From the NCBI GenBank assembly GCA_965240325.2, contig OZ251237.1, positions 1,364,001 to 1,428,000 on the forward strand: a DNA stretch of 64,000 nt, written 5' to 3'. Of the stretch, positions 16,116-25,340 are shown piece by piece. The notes beneath the pieces are model-generated. The model saw only the letters and a list, made by a program, of their open reading frames with translations, was not told the origin of the DNA and did not search any database. Numbering within the stretch: the stretch's first letter is position 1; each line of letters begins with the position of its first letter. This stretch comes from Rebecca billardiae RCC1528 (taxonomy: Eukaryota; Protista; Haptophyta). The translations under genes and the position numbers were made by a program.

Positions 16116-17517
16116 GCGCGGCCCTGGCGGCGTGGACACTGGCTTCTACGCGCTGATCGGCGCGGCAGCCATGCTGGGGGGCGTCACGCGGATGACCATC
16201 TCGCTCGTCGTGATCATCTGCGAGATCTCGAACGACGCGGGCGCGCTGCTGCCGCTGATGGCGGCGATCCTGACGGCGAAGGTCGTCGCCGACTTCTTCA
16301 ACCCCTCGCTCTACGACGCGGCGATGGCGCTCGCCGGCTTCCCATTCCTCGAGGATGAGCCGCCACGGCGCGCGGCCGACGCGCTCTGCGCTGCGGACGT
16401 GATGACAAGCGGTGTGCGCGCGCTGCCGACGGTGGTGCGCGCGCGCGAGGCGGCGGAGGCGCTGCGCGAGAGCGCACACGCCGCGCTGCCGGTGATCGAG
16501 CGCGGACGCGCCGGCCACGGCCGCACGCTCGTCGGCTCCGTCCGCCGGTACGAGCTGTCAGCGCTGCTGCGCGCGCGCGCGTTTGTCAGGCCGGGCTCGG
16601 GCGCGCCGCCGCTGCGCTCGCGCACGGAGAGCGTCGGCAGCGCGGCCGGCGGCGGCGGCGGCGCGGGGAAGGGGAAGGGGTCGCAGCCGCCCGAGCTGCT
16701 CGACCAGCTGTCCGCCGGCAGCGCCTCCGCCGACGGCGCGCACGCGGGCTGCGCGCCCGCGCGCCCGCTGCCGCCGCCGACGCCGCCCCTCGCCACCGCC
16801 GCGTCGCCGCCGCCGTCGCCGCCCGCGCCGCCCGCGCGCGCCGCCGCGCACGCCGAGCCGGAGTGGGTCGCCGACGCCAGCCGGGTGAGCCTCGCCGAGC
16901 TCGTCGCGGAGCGGCGCCGGCTGCGCGCGCCGGCCTCCTCCTCCACCGGCGGCGGGTACTCGTTCGGCGGCGGCGGCGGCAGCGGCGCAAACAGCCGGCG
17001 CGCGTCGGCCGATCGCGCGGCCGTGTCAGCGGCGGACGGCGCGGACTCGGCGCGCGGCGCCGCCCTGCCTTCCCTCGACGCGGAGGACGCGGAGTGGTGC
17101 CTCGACCTGCGCGCGATCATGGAGCTCGCGCCGATGACCGTGCTCCCCGCCACCCCGCTCGAGCGCGTGCACCGCCACTTCCGCTCGATGGGCCTGCGCC
17201 ACCTGTTTGTGGTCGACCGCCGGCACCGGCTGCTCGGCGTCGTCACGCGCAAGGAGCTGCTGCCGCAGGTGCTCGAGCAGGAGGCGGAGGACGCGACGCA
17301 CCCGCGCGCGCACGGCGCGCTGGCGTACGACGCGCAGCAGATGCGCACGCCGGACAAGCAGCGCTCGACGCACGGCCCCTCGCCCGCCACCTCGCCCGGC
17401 CGCGCGCCGCGCGACGGCTTCGGCGCCGCCGCCGCTAACGAGTCAGATGGCCGTGACAACGGCGGCGGCGCGGAGGGCGCGGGCCCGTCGCAGATGCCGT
17501 CATCGGCCACCTGCTAG
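13279..17517 (+). CDS. CLC: CLC-family Cl-/H+ antiporter (CLC-6/7-like) with CBS domains; introns 14100-14276 and 14860-15138
   Basis: Spliced ESYDY motif, GSGIP, GREGP (gating Glu), GAAAGVAAAFNAPIGGVLFALEE, PSGLFVP, GGVTRMTISL, C-terminal CBS (FRSMGLRHLFVVD). Confidence 0.93.
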
Positions 17518-17596
17518 TGCCTAGTGCTAGTGCCTAGTGCTGACGATGTACTGCTAGCATGAAGAGCATACAGTCGTGGGTCGTTGCGCATCATGA

Positions 17597-20221
17597 ATGC
17601 TGCAGGTCTGGAGTGCCGAGGCTTGGTATGGTATGGGCCGAATAAAAAGGGGCGCGATTCCTGGGGATTCCTGGCGCGTCCCGCCGGTCGACGTAGAACG
17701 TAGAGCCCCGCTGGCCGCGCGTCAGGGCGACGGGACGCGCTGCTGGTCGATGGTATCGACTGCGCCACCCCCAACGCCCCTGCCGCGCGCGCGCCTCGCG
17801 CTGGTGGCATGGATGAACGTGAGCGAGGCGCTCGTGCACACGATGTGTCTCCCATTCGCCCCCTTCATGGTGCAGCACCTCATCGGAGCCGACGACGCGG
17901 ATCCTCGCATCGCGTACCTCCAAGGCTGTCTGGTCGCGGCGGCCAGCCTGGCCGAGTTCGTTGGCAGCTACCCGCTAGGCTTGCTGAGCGACCTGATCGG
18001 CCGGCGGCCGGTCATTCTGCTGGCCTTATTCGCGACCACCATTTGCACGCCGGCGTTTGGCTTCGCCACCTCGTACGAGATGGCTTTTGCTGCCCGCACA
18101 GTGCGCGGGCTGTGCGCGGCCGTCACGGGTACGACCAAGACGTACCTGTACGAGATCACCGACAGCTCGAATCGCGACCGCGCGTTTAGCGTGCTGATGG
18201 CATGCTACGGCTTCGCGCTGTGCATCGGGCCGACCCTCGGCGGCGCGCTCTCCGAGCCTGCCCGCACGTGGCCGTCCACCTTCCCCAATGGCTCTCTCTT
18301 CGACCGCCACCCGTACGCGCTCCCGTGCGTCGTCGTCGCGGCGTGCAGCGGGGCGGCGGGCGTGTGCGCGTGGTTCATGCTCGCCGAGACCGTGCACCGA
18401 CGCTCCCCGTCGATCTGCTGCCTCGACACCCAGCCGCTCTTGGACAAGGGCGCCGCGGACAGCGAGTCTGGCGATGCCTCGAAGCAGTCGGCTCAGGGTG
18501 GGTCTGACGCGAGCGGCAGTGCCGCTGGGCGTGGCGGCAGCAGCGCACTCGGCCGCACCGCCTGGCTGGCCGCGGTGCTGTACGGGATGGTCGCGCTGGT
18601 GGTGGAGATGATACAGGTGCTGTGGGTGCTGTGGGCCAAGCTGCCCCTCGCCCAGCGCGGCCCGCACCTTGACGTGCGCACGATCGGCCTCTTGCAGGCG
18701 GTCGGAGGCGTGGGCATGCTCTTCTCGCAGGCGGTCCTCTACCCGCATGCCGTGCGCGCGTTCGGGCTCAGCCAGACGTTCCGCCTGGGCTGGGTCGGGC
18801 CGGTCGTCGCGTATGTGGCGATCCCCTTCACGGTCCAGCTCGCTCCGCCCGAGGGCGGGTGCTGGCCCTCCCCGTTCTGCGCGTTGCTGGCGGTGCTCGA
18901 GCTGCTGCAGATGGCAAGCAGCTCGGCGCTCTTCACCTGCGTCATCCTGATGCTCTCCAACTCGGTGCCGAGCGGAGAGCTGGGAGCCGCGAACGGAGTG
19001 GGGCAGTCGATCGCGTCCATGGCGCGCTTCGCCGCGCCGCTCTTCAGCGCTACTCTCGTCGGCCAGCTCGCCTCTGGCGCGCCTCCGCTCGACGTGCGGC
19101 TTGCCTTCTTTGCGGTGGCAGCGTTCGCGCTGCTCTCGGTGGCACTCTCGTACGCGCTGCCGCGCTCGATCGACCACGCGTTCGACGGCGCGGCATCGCT
19201 CGCTGGGGCGCCCGCGTCGCGGCGGCCGCACGACCCGAATCGTTTGCCAGCCGCGATCGAGCAGCGCATGATGTGCGCGCCGCTGGGGGCCGCTGACCCC
19301 CATGCCGTCGCGCTCGCGCGTGAGCGGCTCTCGGCGGAAGGGATGGTTGTGATCGACAAGGGCGCCGCGTTCTCCTCAGCGGACGAAGTGCGCGCATGGA
19401 GCGCGGCTCTTTTCTCGGCTGAGTATGACTACACTCGCAGCGGCGCGGCCGCTCGCGACAACCTGGGCGGCGGCGTGCTCGCCACCACCGGCAAGGCCGA
19501 GCGTTCGGCCGTTCAGCTTCTCGAGCACCCCGAGATGAGCTACGAGCGTGAGTACCCTGGGAAGCTGCTCTTTGCGTGCTTCGAGTGTCCGCCCGACAAG
19601 GCGCAGACGACGCTGCTCGAGACCAGCGCTCTGACGCGCGCGCTGCGAGGGACAGCGCTCTGGCACAAGCTCGAGGCGCACGGCCTCACCTACCACTTCA
19701 AGTACTACTCTGCGGACGAGGTCGGTCCAGGCGGCCCGCCGCCAGTCCTGCGCCCGTGGCAGGACTTCTTCGGAGTGCGCACGCGCGCTGAGCTCGAGGC
19801 GGAGCTCGGGCGGCGGCGCATGCGCGCAGAGTGGCTCCAGGGCGAGGCCGGTGTGGTGCGTGTCTCACAGACCCTGCCTGCCTTCGAGCTGGACGACCAG
19901 GGGGACTTGCGTGTGCACTTCACCCTCGCCGTTCACGGCTGCAAGTTCGACCCTGACCCCGCGTGGAAAGGCGTGGCGCACATCGACAGGCCGTATCACT
20001 TCACGCTGGGGGACGGCGCCGAGCTGACGCACGCAGAGCTGGAGCTTGTAAGAGGCATGTACGACACGCACCGCGTGCTGCTGCCGTGGGTGCCCGGCAG
20101 GCTTGTCGTGCTTGACAACCAGCGCTGGATGCACGGCCGTGTCGCTTTTGCACTCGAACCACACGAGACGCGCAAGATCGGCGTCTGCACAGGGGAGAAG
20201 CGCACACGGCGCCTCGTATGA
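17597..20221 (+). CDS. Fusion of an MFS transporter (DHA1/ZIFL-like) with a C-terminal TauD/TfdA-type Fe(II)/2-oxoglutarate dioxygenase; likely start 17750
   Basis: MFS motif A GLLSDLIGRRPV, GPTLGGAL, ELGAANGVGQSIASMARFAAP. With no stop in between, HPEMSY...PGKLLFAC and W.PGRLVVLDNQRWMHGR follow (HxE...H facial triad), about 19320-20221. Confidence 0.85.
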   Translation: MLQVWSAEAWYGMGRIKRGAIPGDSWRVPPVDVERRAPLAARQGDGTRCWSMVSTAPPPTPLPRARLALVAWMNVSEALVHTMCLPFAPFMVQHLIGADDADPRIAYLQGCLVAAASLAEFVGSYPLGLLSDLIGRRPVILLALFATTICTPAFGFATSYEMAFAARTVRGLCAAVTGTTKTYLYEITDSSNRDRAFSVLMACYGFALCIGPTLGGALSEPARTWPSTFPNGSLFDRHPYALPCVVVAACSGAAGVCAWFMLAETVHRRSPSICCLDTQPLLDKGAADSESGDASKQSAQGGSDASGSAAGRGGSSALGRTAWLAAVLYGMVALVVEMIQVLWVLWAKLPLAQRGPHLDVRTIGLLQAVGGVGMLFSQAVLYPHAVRAFGLSQTFRLGWVGPVVAYVAIPFTVQLAPPEGGCWPSPFCALLAVLELLQMASSSALFTCVILMLSNSVPSGELGAANGVGQSIASMARFAAPLFSATLVGQLASGAPPLDVRLAFFAVAAFALLSVALSYALPRSIDHAFDGAASLAGAPASRRPHDPNRLPAAIEQRMMCAPLGAADPHAVALARERLSAEGMVVIDKGAAFSSADEVRAWSAALFSAEYDYTRSGAAARDNLGGGVLATTGKAERSAVQLLEHPEMSYEREYPGKLLFACFECPPDKAQTTLLETSALTRALRGTALWHKLEAHGLTYHFKYYSADEVGPGGPPPVLRPWQDFFGVRTRAELEAELGRRRMRAEWLQGEAGVVRVSQTLPAFELDDQGDLRVHFTLAVHGCKFDPDPAWKGVAHIDRPYHFTLGDGAELTHAELELVRGMYDTHRVLLPWVPGRLVVLDNQRWMHGRVAFALEPHETRKIGVCTGEKRTRRLV

Positions 20222-20347
20222 TTTGTAGCTAGTAGTATATATATGCCTCTGGGATGAGCCCACTAGTAGTGGCTATGAAGCCTGCTATATATAAGACTAA
20301 TTTTACTATTTCAATATATATATATATATATATTATGTGACACTGTA

Positions 20348-20395
20348 ATCTCGCCTGCCTGAGCTGTGTGCGTCTCTTATTCTGAGTAAACTGTA
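20348..20395 (-). repeat. Short dispersed family C fragment (TA-CAGTTTACT...AGACGCACACAGCTCAGGCAGGCGAGAT)
   Basis: Other copies at 1160-1200, 52962-53040 and 53585-53690. Confidence 0.7.
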
Positions 20396-20476
20396 GCTGC
20401 GCGCACGGATGCGACGTGCGTGGCTCCCAGACCCAGCACCAGCACAGTCGAGCGACGGCGCCGCCGCGCGCGGCCC

Positions 20477-22237
20477 TCACCACAGGCTCTGGCCGCCCTC
20501 GATCACGAGGTTGTGTCCCACCATGTACGAGGACGCGTCGGACGCGAGGTACACGACCGCCGCCTGCAAGTCCGTCACCTGCGCTAGCCGCCCGGCCGGG
20601 ATCTGCTCGAGCCAAGTGGCGGCAAGCTTGTTGAGTGCGGGGTTGTCCCAGATCAGGGGGGTGTCCACAATGCCAGGCGAGATGCAGTTGACGTTCAGGC
20701 CGCGCGACGCCCACTCGCACGCGAGAGACTGCGTCAGCTTGACCACGGCCGCCTTGGACGCGTTGTACGCCGCCTGCTTCTGCGGGTGCGGCACGAGCAG
20801 CGACGCCATCGACGCCGTGTTGATGATCTTGCCGCTGCCGCGCGCGAGCATGTGCCGCGCCTCGTGCTGGCAGCAGAGGAAGACGCCGCGTGTGTTGAGC
20901 GCGAACGTGAGGTCCCAGTCGGCGACGGGCGTGTCCTCGGCGGCAGAGTTCTTGTTCACGCCCGCGTTGTTCACCGCGATGTCGAGGGCGCCCTTCCACG
21001 CCACCGCCGCGTCGACCATCGCCTTGACGCTCCCCTCGTCCGCGCAGTCGGCGCGCACCGCCATCGCCTCTGCGCCCTTTGAGACCAGCTCGGCGGCCAC
21101 CGCGTCCGCACGCGCCTGGTCCAGGTCGGCGACGGCGACGGCGGCGCCCGCCTCGGCGAGCGCGTGCGCGAAGGCGCGGCCGATGCCCTGTCCGCCGCCG
21201 GTCACGAGGGCCGTCTTGCCGCTCAGCTTGAGGCGGTCGAGGATGCGCGCGCCCCCCACGCCTCGCGTCACCTCGTCCGGGCCGGCTGCGCCGCTGGGCT
21301 GCGGCGGCGGCGCAGGGGCCGCCGCCGGCACGGGCGCCGCGGCAACCTCGGCGGTGGGCACCGGCGCCGGCGGCGGTGGCGCCGCGCCCTTCAGCCGCAC
21401 GATCGTGATCCCGTCGCGAAGCGGCAGCGTGACGATCTCGACGCGCGCGTCCGCCCTCACCATCTTGTTGAACTCGCGCAGCGCCTCGCCGCCCGCGTTC
21501 CAGCTGTGCGGGTCGTGCGCGGCGCGGCCGAGGTAGGGCACGCCCTTGAAGAGGACGTTGTCGATCACGATCACGCCGCCCGGCGCGAGCAGCCCACGCG
21601 AGAGCACCGTCTCGTAGTACGCCGCGTACGAGCCCTTGTCCGCGTCGATGAACACCATGTCAAGCGGCTGCGCCTGCGGCCACGCGCGCAGCGTCTCGAG
21701 CGCGTCGCCGATGCGCACGCGGATCTTGTGCCCGTGGGGCGACTTGTCGAAGATGGGGCGGGCAAAGGCCTCAAGGAACGGGTCCACCTCGCACGAGATC
21801 ACCTCGCCGTCCTCGGGCAGCGCCTCGGCGATCGTGAGCGCGCCGTAGCCGGTGAACATGCCGACCTCGAGCACGCGCCGGGCCTTGAGCATGTACGCAA
21901 ACATGGCGAGCGTCTTGGCCTCGACGATGTCCGTGGTCCACCGCTCGGAGAAGCGGAACACCGTCTTGCCCTGCGCGTGCAGCTCGTCCCACGGCGCGCC
22001 GCGCGTCTTCCGCTCGAGCTCGGCCGCCTCGGGTGACGGCGCAGACGTGCACTCGACCAGGTACTCGTCCAGGCCACGCGAGAGGCTGGCCGCCTCGTCG
22101 AGCAGGGCGGTGAGCCGCTCGTTGGGCGTGTCAGGCACGAACGCGACCTCCTGCGCGGACGGTGGCGCGGACGACTCCGCTTTCGCCGCAGCGGCGCCGT
22201 GCGCGCGAATGCCCGCGACCGAGCTGGCCTGCTCCAT
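20477..22237 (-). CDS. MT-Ox: Bifunctional O-methyltransferase / NAD-dependent oxidoreductase (MT-Ox, gadusol synthase type): MysB-like MT domain plus classical SDR
   Basis: MT domain: LDEYLVECTS, VLEVGMFTGYGALTIAEALPEDG, CEVDPF, SPHGHKI, DMVFIDADK, IDNVL. Pro/Ala linker. SDR: TGGGQGIG, NNAG, IINTASMASLLVPHPQKQAAYNASK, ending HNLVIEGGQSLW as I recall for fish MT-Ox. Start placed at MEQASS; the ORF extends to 22351. Confidence 0.9.
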   Translation of the reverse strand: MEQASSVAGIRAHGAAAAKAESSAPPSAQEVAFVPDTPNERLTALLDEAASLSRGLDEYLVECTSAPSPEAAELERKTRGAPWDELHAQGKTVFRFSERWTTDIVEAKTLAMFAYMLKARRVLEVGMFTGYGALTIAEALPEDGEVISCEVDPFLEAFARPIFDKSPHGHKIRVRIGDALETLRAWPQAQPLDMVFIDADKGSYAAYYETVLSRGLLAPGGVIVIDNVLFKGVPYLGRAAHDPHSWNAGGEALREFNKMVRADARVEIVTLPLRDGITIVRLKGAAPPPPAPVPTAEVAAAPVPAAAPAPPPQPSGAAGPDEVTRGVGGARILDRLKLSGKTALVTGGGQGIGRAFAHALAEAGAAVAVADLDQARADAVAAELVSKGAEAMAVRADCADEGSVKAMVDAAVAWKGALDIAVNNAGVNKNSAAEDTPVADWDLTFALNTRGVFLCCQHEARHMLARGSGKIINTASMASLLVPHPQKQAAYNASKAAVVKLTQSLACEWASRGLNVNCISPGIVDTPLIWDNPALNKLAATWLEQIPAGRLAQVTDLQAAVVYLASDASSYMVGHNLVIEGGQSLW

Positions 22238-22511
22238 GCCTTTGACTTGATTGCTCGTTGGCCGGCGATCAGCGAATTGATGAGAATGTACCTGATGAAC
22301 CTTCATCAATGTGTGCATCAACGCGTCTGACCTTCCTTTGATTCCGCGCATCCGCTACTTGATCCCTGCATGGGATGAAAAGCGGCGTGGTAATTATAAT
22401 AATAAACCATTCATTAATTAAATACCCCATAGTACGTTGAACGTGTACGGTATTTTCTCCGGACTGTCCATCCCGGGTCGGTGAACGTTCGCGCGATCAC
22501 GGAGGACGAAG
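22238..22511. promoter_or_regulatory. Putative bidirectional promoter between MT-Ox and EEVS
   Basis: About 274-bp divergent intergenic region with an AT-rich core (taattataataataaa, 22391-22420). Confidence 0.5.
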
Positions 22512-23945
22512 ATGGTGGGCCCCGCCACCTTCCAACTTGCCTGCGTGCTCCTTGCCGGCGTGCACTCGCCGCTGCACACCTCCACGCGCGTTACGGCGTT
22601 GCGCGGGCACGCCGACACGCTCGCGTTCTATGACGACGCCTGGCACGCCCACGCCGACCCATCAACCGTGCCGCCGCACGCCGTGCACTCGGCCGCGACG
22701 ATCAAGGAGGACTCGCTGCCGTCCTCCTCCTCGCCCGGGACCTCTACGACCGAGTGGGCCGTGCGCGCGCCGCTCACGTTCGAGTACCGCGTGATCGAAG
22801 CGCCGCGCCTCTTCCACCCCGACAACGACGCCCTGCTCTTCGGCCACCTCGCCCCCGGCTCGGCCGCGCGCGCGCGCGCGCGCGAGCAGCGGCAGCGGCG
22901 GTTGGTTGTGATCGACCAGACCGTCGACGAGCTGTTCGGCGACGGGCTGCGCGCGTACCTCGAGGCTCGGCGCGTGGATCACCAGATTGTCGCACTGCCC
23001 ATGCTCGAGGAGAACAAGGACGTCGACCTCGTTCTCCAGGTCGCCGAGGCGATGAAGCGCTTTGAGCTGGCGAGGCGCGACGAGCCGGTGATCGCGATCG
23101 GCGGCGGCGTCTGCCTCGACGTGGTCGGCCTCGCTGCGACGCTCTTCCGGCGCGGCACGCCGTACATCCGCGTGCCCACGACGACGCTCTCGTACGTCGA
23201 CGCCTCGGTCGGCGCCAAGTCCGGCATCAACTTCATGGGCTCGAAGAACCGGCTGGGCGCGTACGTGCCGCCCGCGGCCGCGCTGCTTGACCCGAGCTTC
23301 CTGCGCACAGAGTCGGCGCGTGGCGTCTCGTCGGGCCTCGCGGAGATGGCGAAGATGGCGCTGGTCAAGTCGCCCGAGCTGTTCGAGCTGCTCGAGGCGC
23401 ACGCCGAGCGCCTCGTCGCGCACCGCTTCCAGCCGCTCTCCGCGCGCGACGGCGTGCCCGGCCGCGTGCTCGGCCTGTCAGTCCGGCTGATGCTGGACGA
23501 GCTGGCGCCCAACCTGTGGGAGGCGTCCCTCGACAGGCTGGTCGACTTTGGGCACGTGCTCGGGCAGGAGCTCGAGCTGCGCACGCTCGGCACGGAGCAC
23601 GAGCTGACGCACGGCGAGTCCGTCGGCGTGGACATGGCGTTCATGACCGTCCTCGCCGCCGTACGCGCGCAGATCAGCGAGGCGCAGCGTGACCGCATCC
23701 TGGCGATGCTGCGCCGCTGCGCCATCCCGGTGTGCAGTGCGATGGTCGACGAGGCGCTCGTGCTCAGCGCGATGGTCGAGCGCCGCGCGCAGAGCATGGG
23801 ACAACGACTGCCACTCCCCGTCGGGGTGGGCAAGGCACGCATCTTCAACGACGTGAGCGAGGACGAGCTGCTTGAGGCACACCGCGTCTGGACCGACCTC
23901 TGCTGCACGCGACCGCCACAGGCGACACCGGCGACGCGCCGTTAG
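22512..23945 (+). CDS. EEVS: Sedoheptulose-7-phosphate cyclase, 2-epi-5-epi-valiolone synthase (EEVS) type, with an N-terminal signal/transit-like extension
   Basis: DHQS-fold motifs AIGGGVCLDVVG, RRGTPYIRVPTT, DASVGAK, KNRLGAY, GLAEMAK, LTHGE. EEVS-type fingerprint MLDELAPNLWE...RLVDFGH, whereas DDGS/MysA reads MLELExPNLHE...RVIAYGH. Confidence 0.9.
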   Translation: MVGPATFQLACVLLAGVHSPLHTSTRVTALRGHADTLAFYDDAWHAHADPSTVPPHAVHSAATIKEDSLPSSSSPGTSTTEWAVRAPLTFEYRVIEAPRLFHPDNDALLFGHLAPGSAARARAREQRQRRLVVIDQTVDELFGDGLRAYLEARRVDHQIVALPMLEENKDVDLVLQVAEAMKRFELARRDEPVIAIGGGVCLDVVGLAATLFRRGTPYIRVPTTTLSYVDASVGAKSGINFMGSKNRLGAYVPPAAALLDPSFLRTESARGVSSGLAEMAKMALVKSPELFELLEAHAERLVAHRFQPLSARDGVPGRVLGLSVRLMLDELAPNLWEASLDRLVDFGHVLGQELELRTLGTEHELTHGESVGVDMAFMTVLAAVRAQISEAQRDRILAMLRRCAIPVCSAMVDEALVLSAMVERRAQSMGQRLPLPVGVGKARIFNDVSEDELLEAHRVWTDLCCTRPPQATPATRR

Positions 23946-24321
23946 TTGGAGCGCGCGACCACGCGGCGAGGAGGGCGTGCCCATACGCATCGCACGGGTT
24001 CGATGCTGTACCTTTCTTAGATGACGGAATCAGATGAGGCGGCCGCTGCACGCGCCTTCATCCAGGCGTAGCTACGCCTGGATGAAGGCGCGTAGATGAC
24101 GAATACTGTACACCACCCGTCACCGTCGGGGGTCCGCCAGATGAAGTTGGGGACTGTCTTCGGTCTGACAGACCTCGGAACGGGAATCAGAGCAGAAGAG
24201 ACACCCTTGACAAGGGCCTTGCCCTTGAGTAGAGCATCAGCGGCTTCGTCAGTACAATACAATATTGATGAGTTCACCCCAGATTCACCCCGCCACTCCG
24301 CTCAGCCGACGCCACGTCACG

Positions 24322-25317
24322 ATGCTCTACGCTGTCACTGGCGCGAACGGCTTCATCGCCTCCCACGTGGTGAGCAAGCTGGTCGAGCAGGGCCACAAGG
24401 TGCGCGCAACGGTGCGCAAGCCCGACGACGAGGCCAAGCTCGCCCACCTCAAGTCGCTCGGCGCGCCGGTCGAGATCGTCGTGCTCGCCGACCTCACGTC
24501 CGCAGAAGAGGTGGCGCCCGCGCTCAAGGGCTGCGACGGGCTCTTCCACATGGCGGCGGTGCACCCGACGTACGGCTTCGAGGAGACGCCCGAAGGCGCC
24601 GATGCGATCATCGCCCTCGCGGTCGAGGGCACCAAGGCGGTGCTCAAGGCGGCGGCCGCCGCGGGCGTGAAGCGTGTCGTCCTCACGAGCTCACTCGCGG
24701 CCGTCGAGTGTGGCAACGACACGGGCGTGCTGACCGAGGCGACATGGTCAAGGGAGGAGGTGTACAACAGCTCAACATCGACGCAGTGGAAGACGCATCA
24801 CGCGTACGTCAAGTCCAAGACGCTGCAGGAGCGCGCCGCGCTCGCCGCCGCCGCCGAGCTCGGGCTCGACCTGCGCGTGATCGCGCCGGGCAACCTATGC
24901 ATCGGGCCAATCCTCAGTACACACATCAACGGCACGATGACGCGCGTGCGCGACGTGGTGCAGGGCTCAAACACGCTGAAGGGCTGCGCAGACCTCGGTG
25001 TAGTCCACGTCTCCGACGTCGCGCACGCGCATGTCGCCGCGATGACCACCGACTCCGCAAGCGGCCGTTACATCGTCGCGCAGAGCATGGTGCGGCTGGA
25101 GGACGTGTTCAGTGCGCTCAAGGAGCTCTGCCCGGACCGGCCGGTGGCGCCGATGACGAACATGGACTACGCGTCGGGCACGCCGGGCAAGGCGCGCGCG
25201 ATTGAGAGCCGCACCGAGGCTGAGCTGGGCGTGCAGTACGTGCCACTCAAGCAGACGCTCAAGGAGGCGGTCGACTCGATGGTCAGCAAGGGCTTCATCC
25301 AGGCCGCCGCCGCGTGA
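24322..25317 (+). CDS. Extended SDR: NAD(P)-dependent reductase/epimerase, dihydroflavonol-reductase / cinnamoyl-CoA-reductase-like
   Basis: VTGANGFIASHVV, VRATVR, FHMAA, KRVVLTSSLAAV, catalytic YVKSK, VHVSDVAHAHV, GRYIV. Confidence 0.88.
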   Translation: MLYAVTGANGFIASHVVSKLVEQGHKVRATVRKPDDEAKLAHLKSLGAPVEIVVLADLTSAEEVAPALKGCDGLFHMAAVHPTYGFEETPEGADAIIALAVEGTKAVLKAAAAAGVKRVVLTSSLAAVECGNDTGVLTEATWSREEVYNSSTSTQWKTHHAYVKSKTLQERAALAAAAELGLDLRVIAPGNLCIGPILSTHINGTMTRVRDVVQGSNTLKGCADLGVVHVSDVAHAHVAAMTTDSASGRYIVAQSMVRLEDVFSALKELCPDRPVAPMTNMDYASGTPGKARAIESRTEAELGVQYVPLKQTLKEAVDSMVSKGFIQAAAA

Positions 25318-25340
25318 AGACTGAATATAAGAACGCAGAA

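Noticed and set aside
22512-23945. Calling the cyclase 3-dehydroquinate synthase (aroB) or standard MysA/DDGS
   Set aside because: It has PNLWE...RLVDFGH rather than the DHQS LN(L/F)GHT or DDGS PNLHE...RVIAYGH patterns, and it is paired with MT-Ox.
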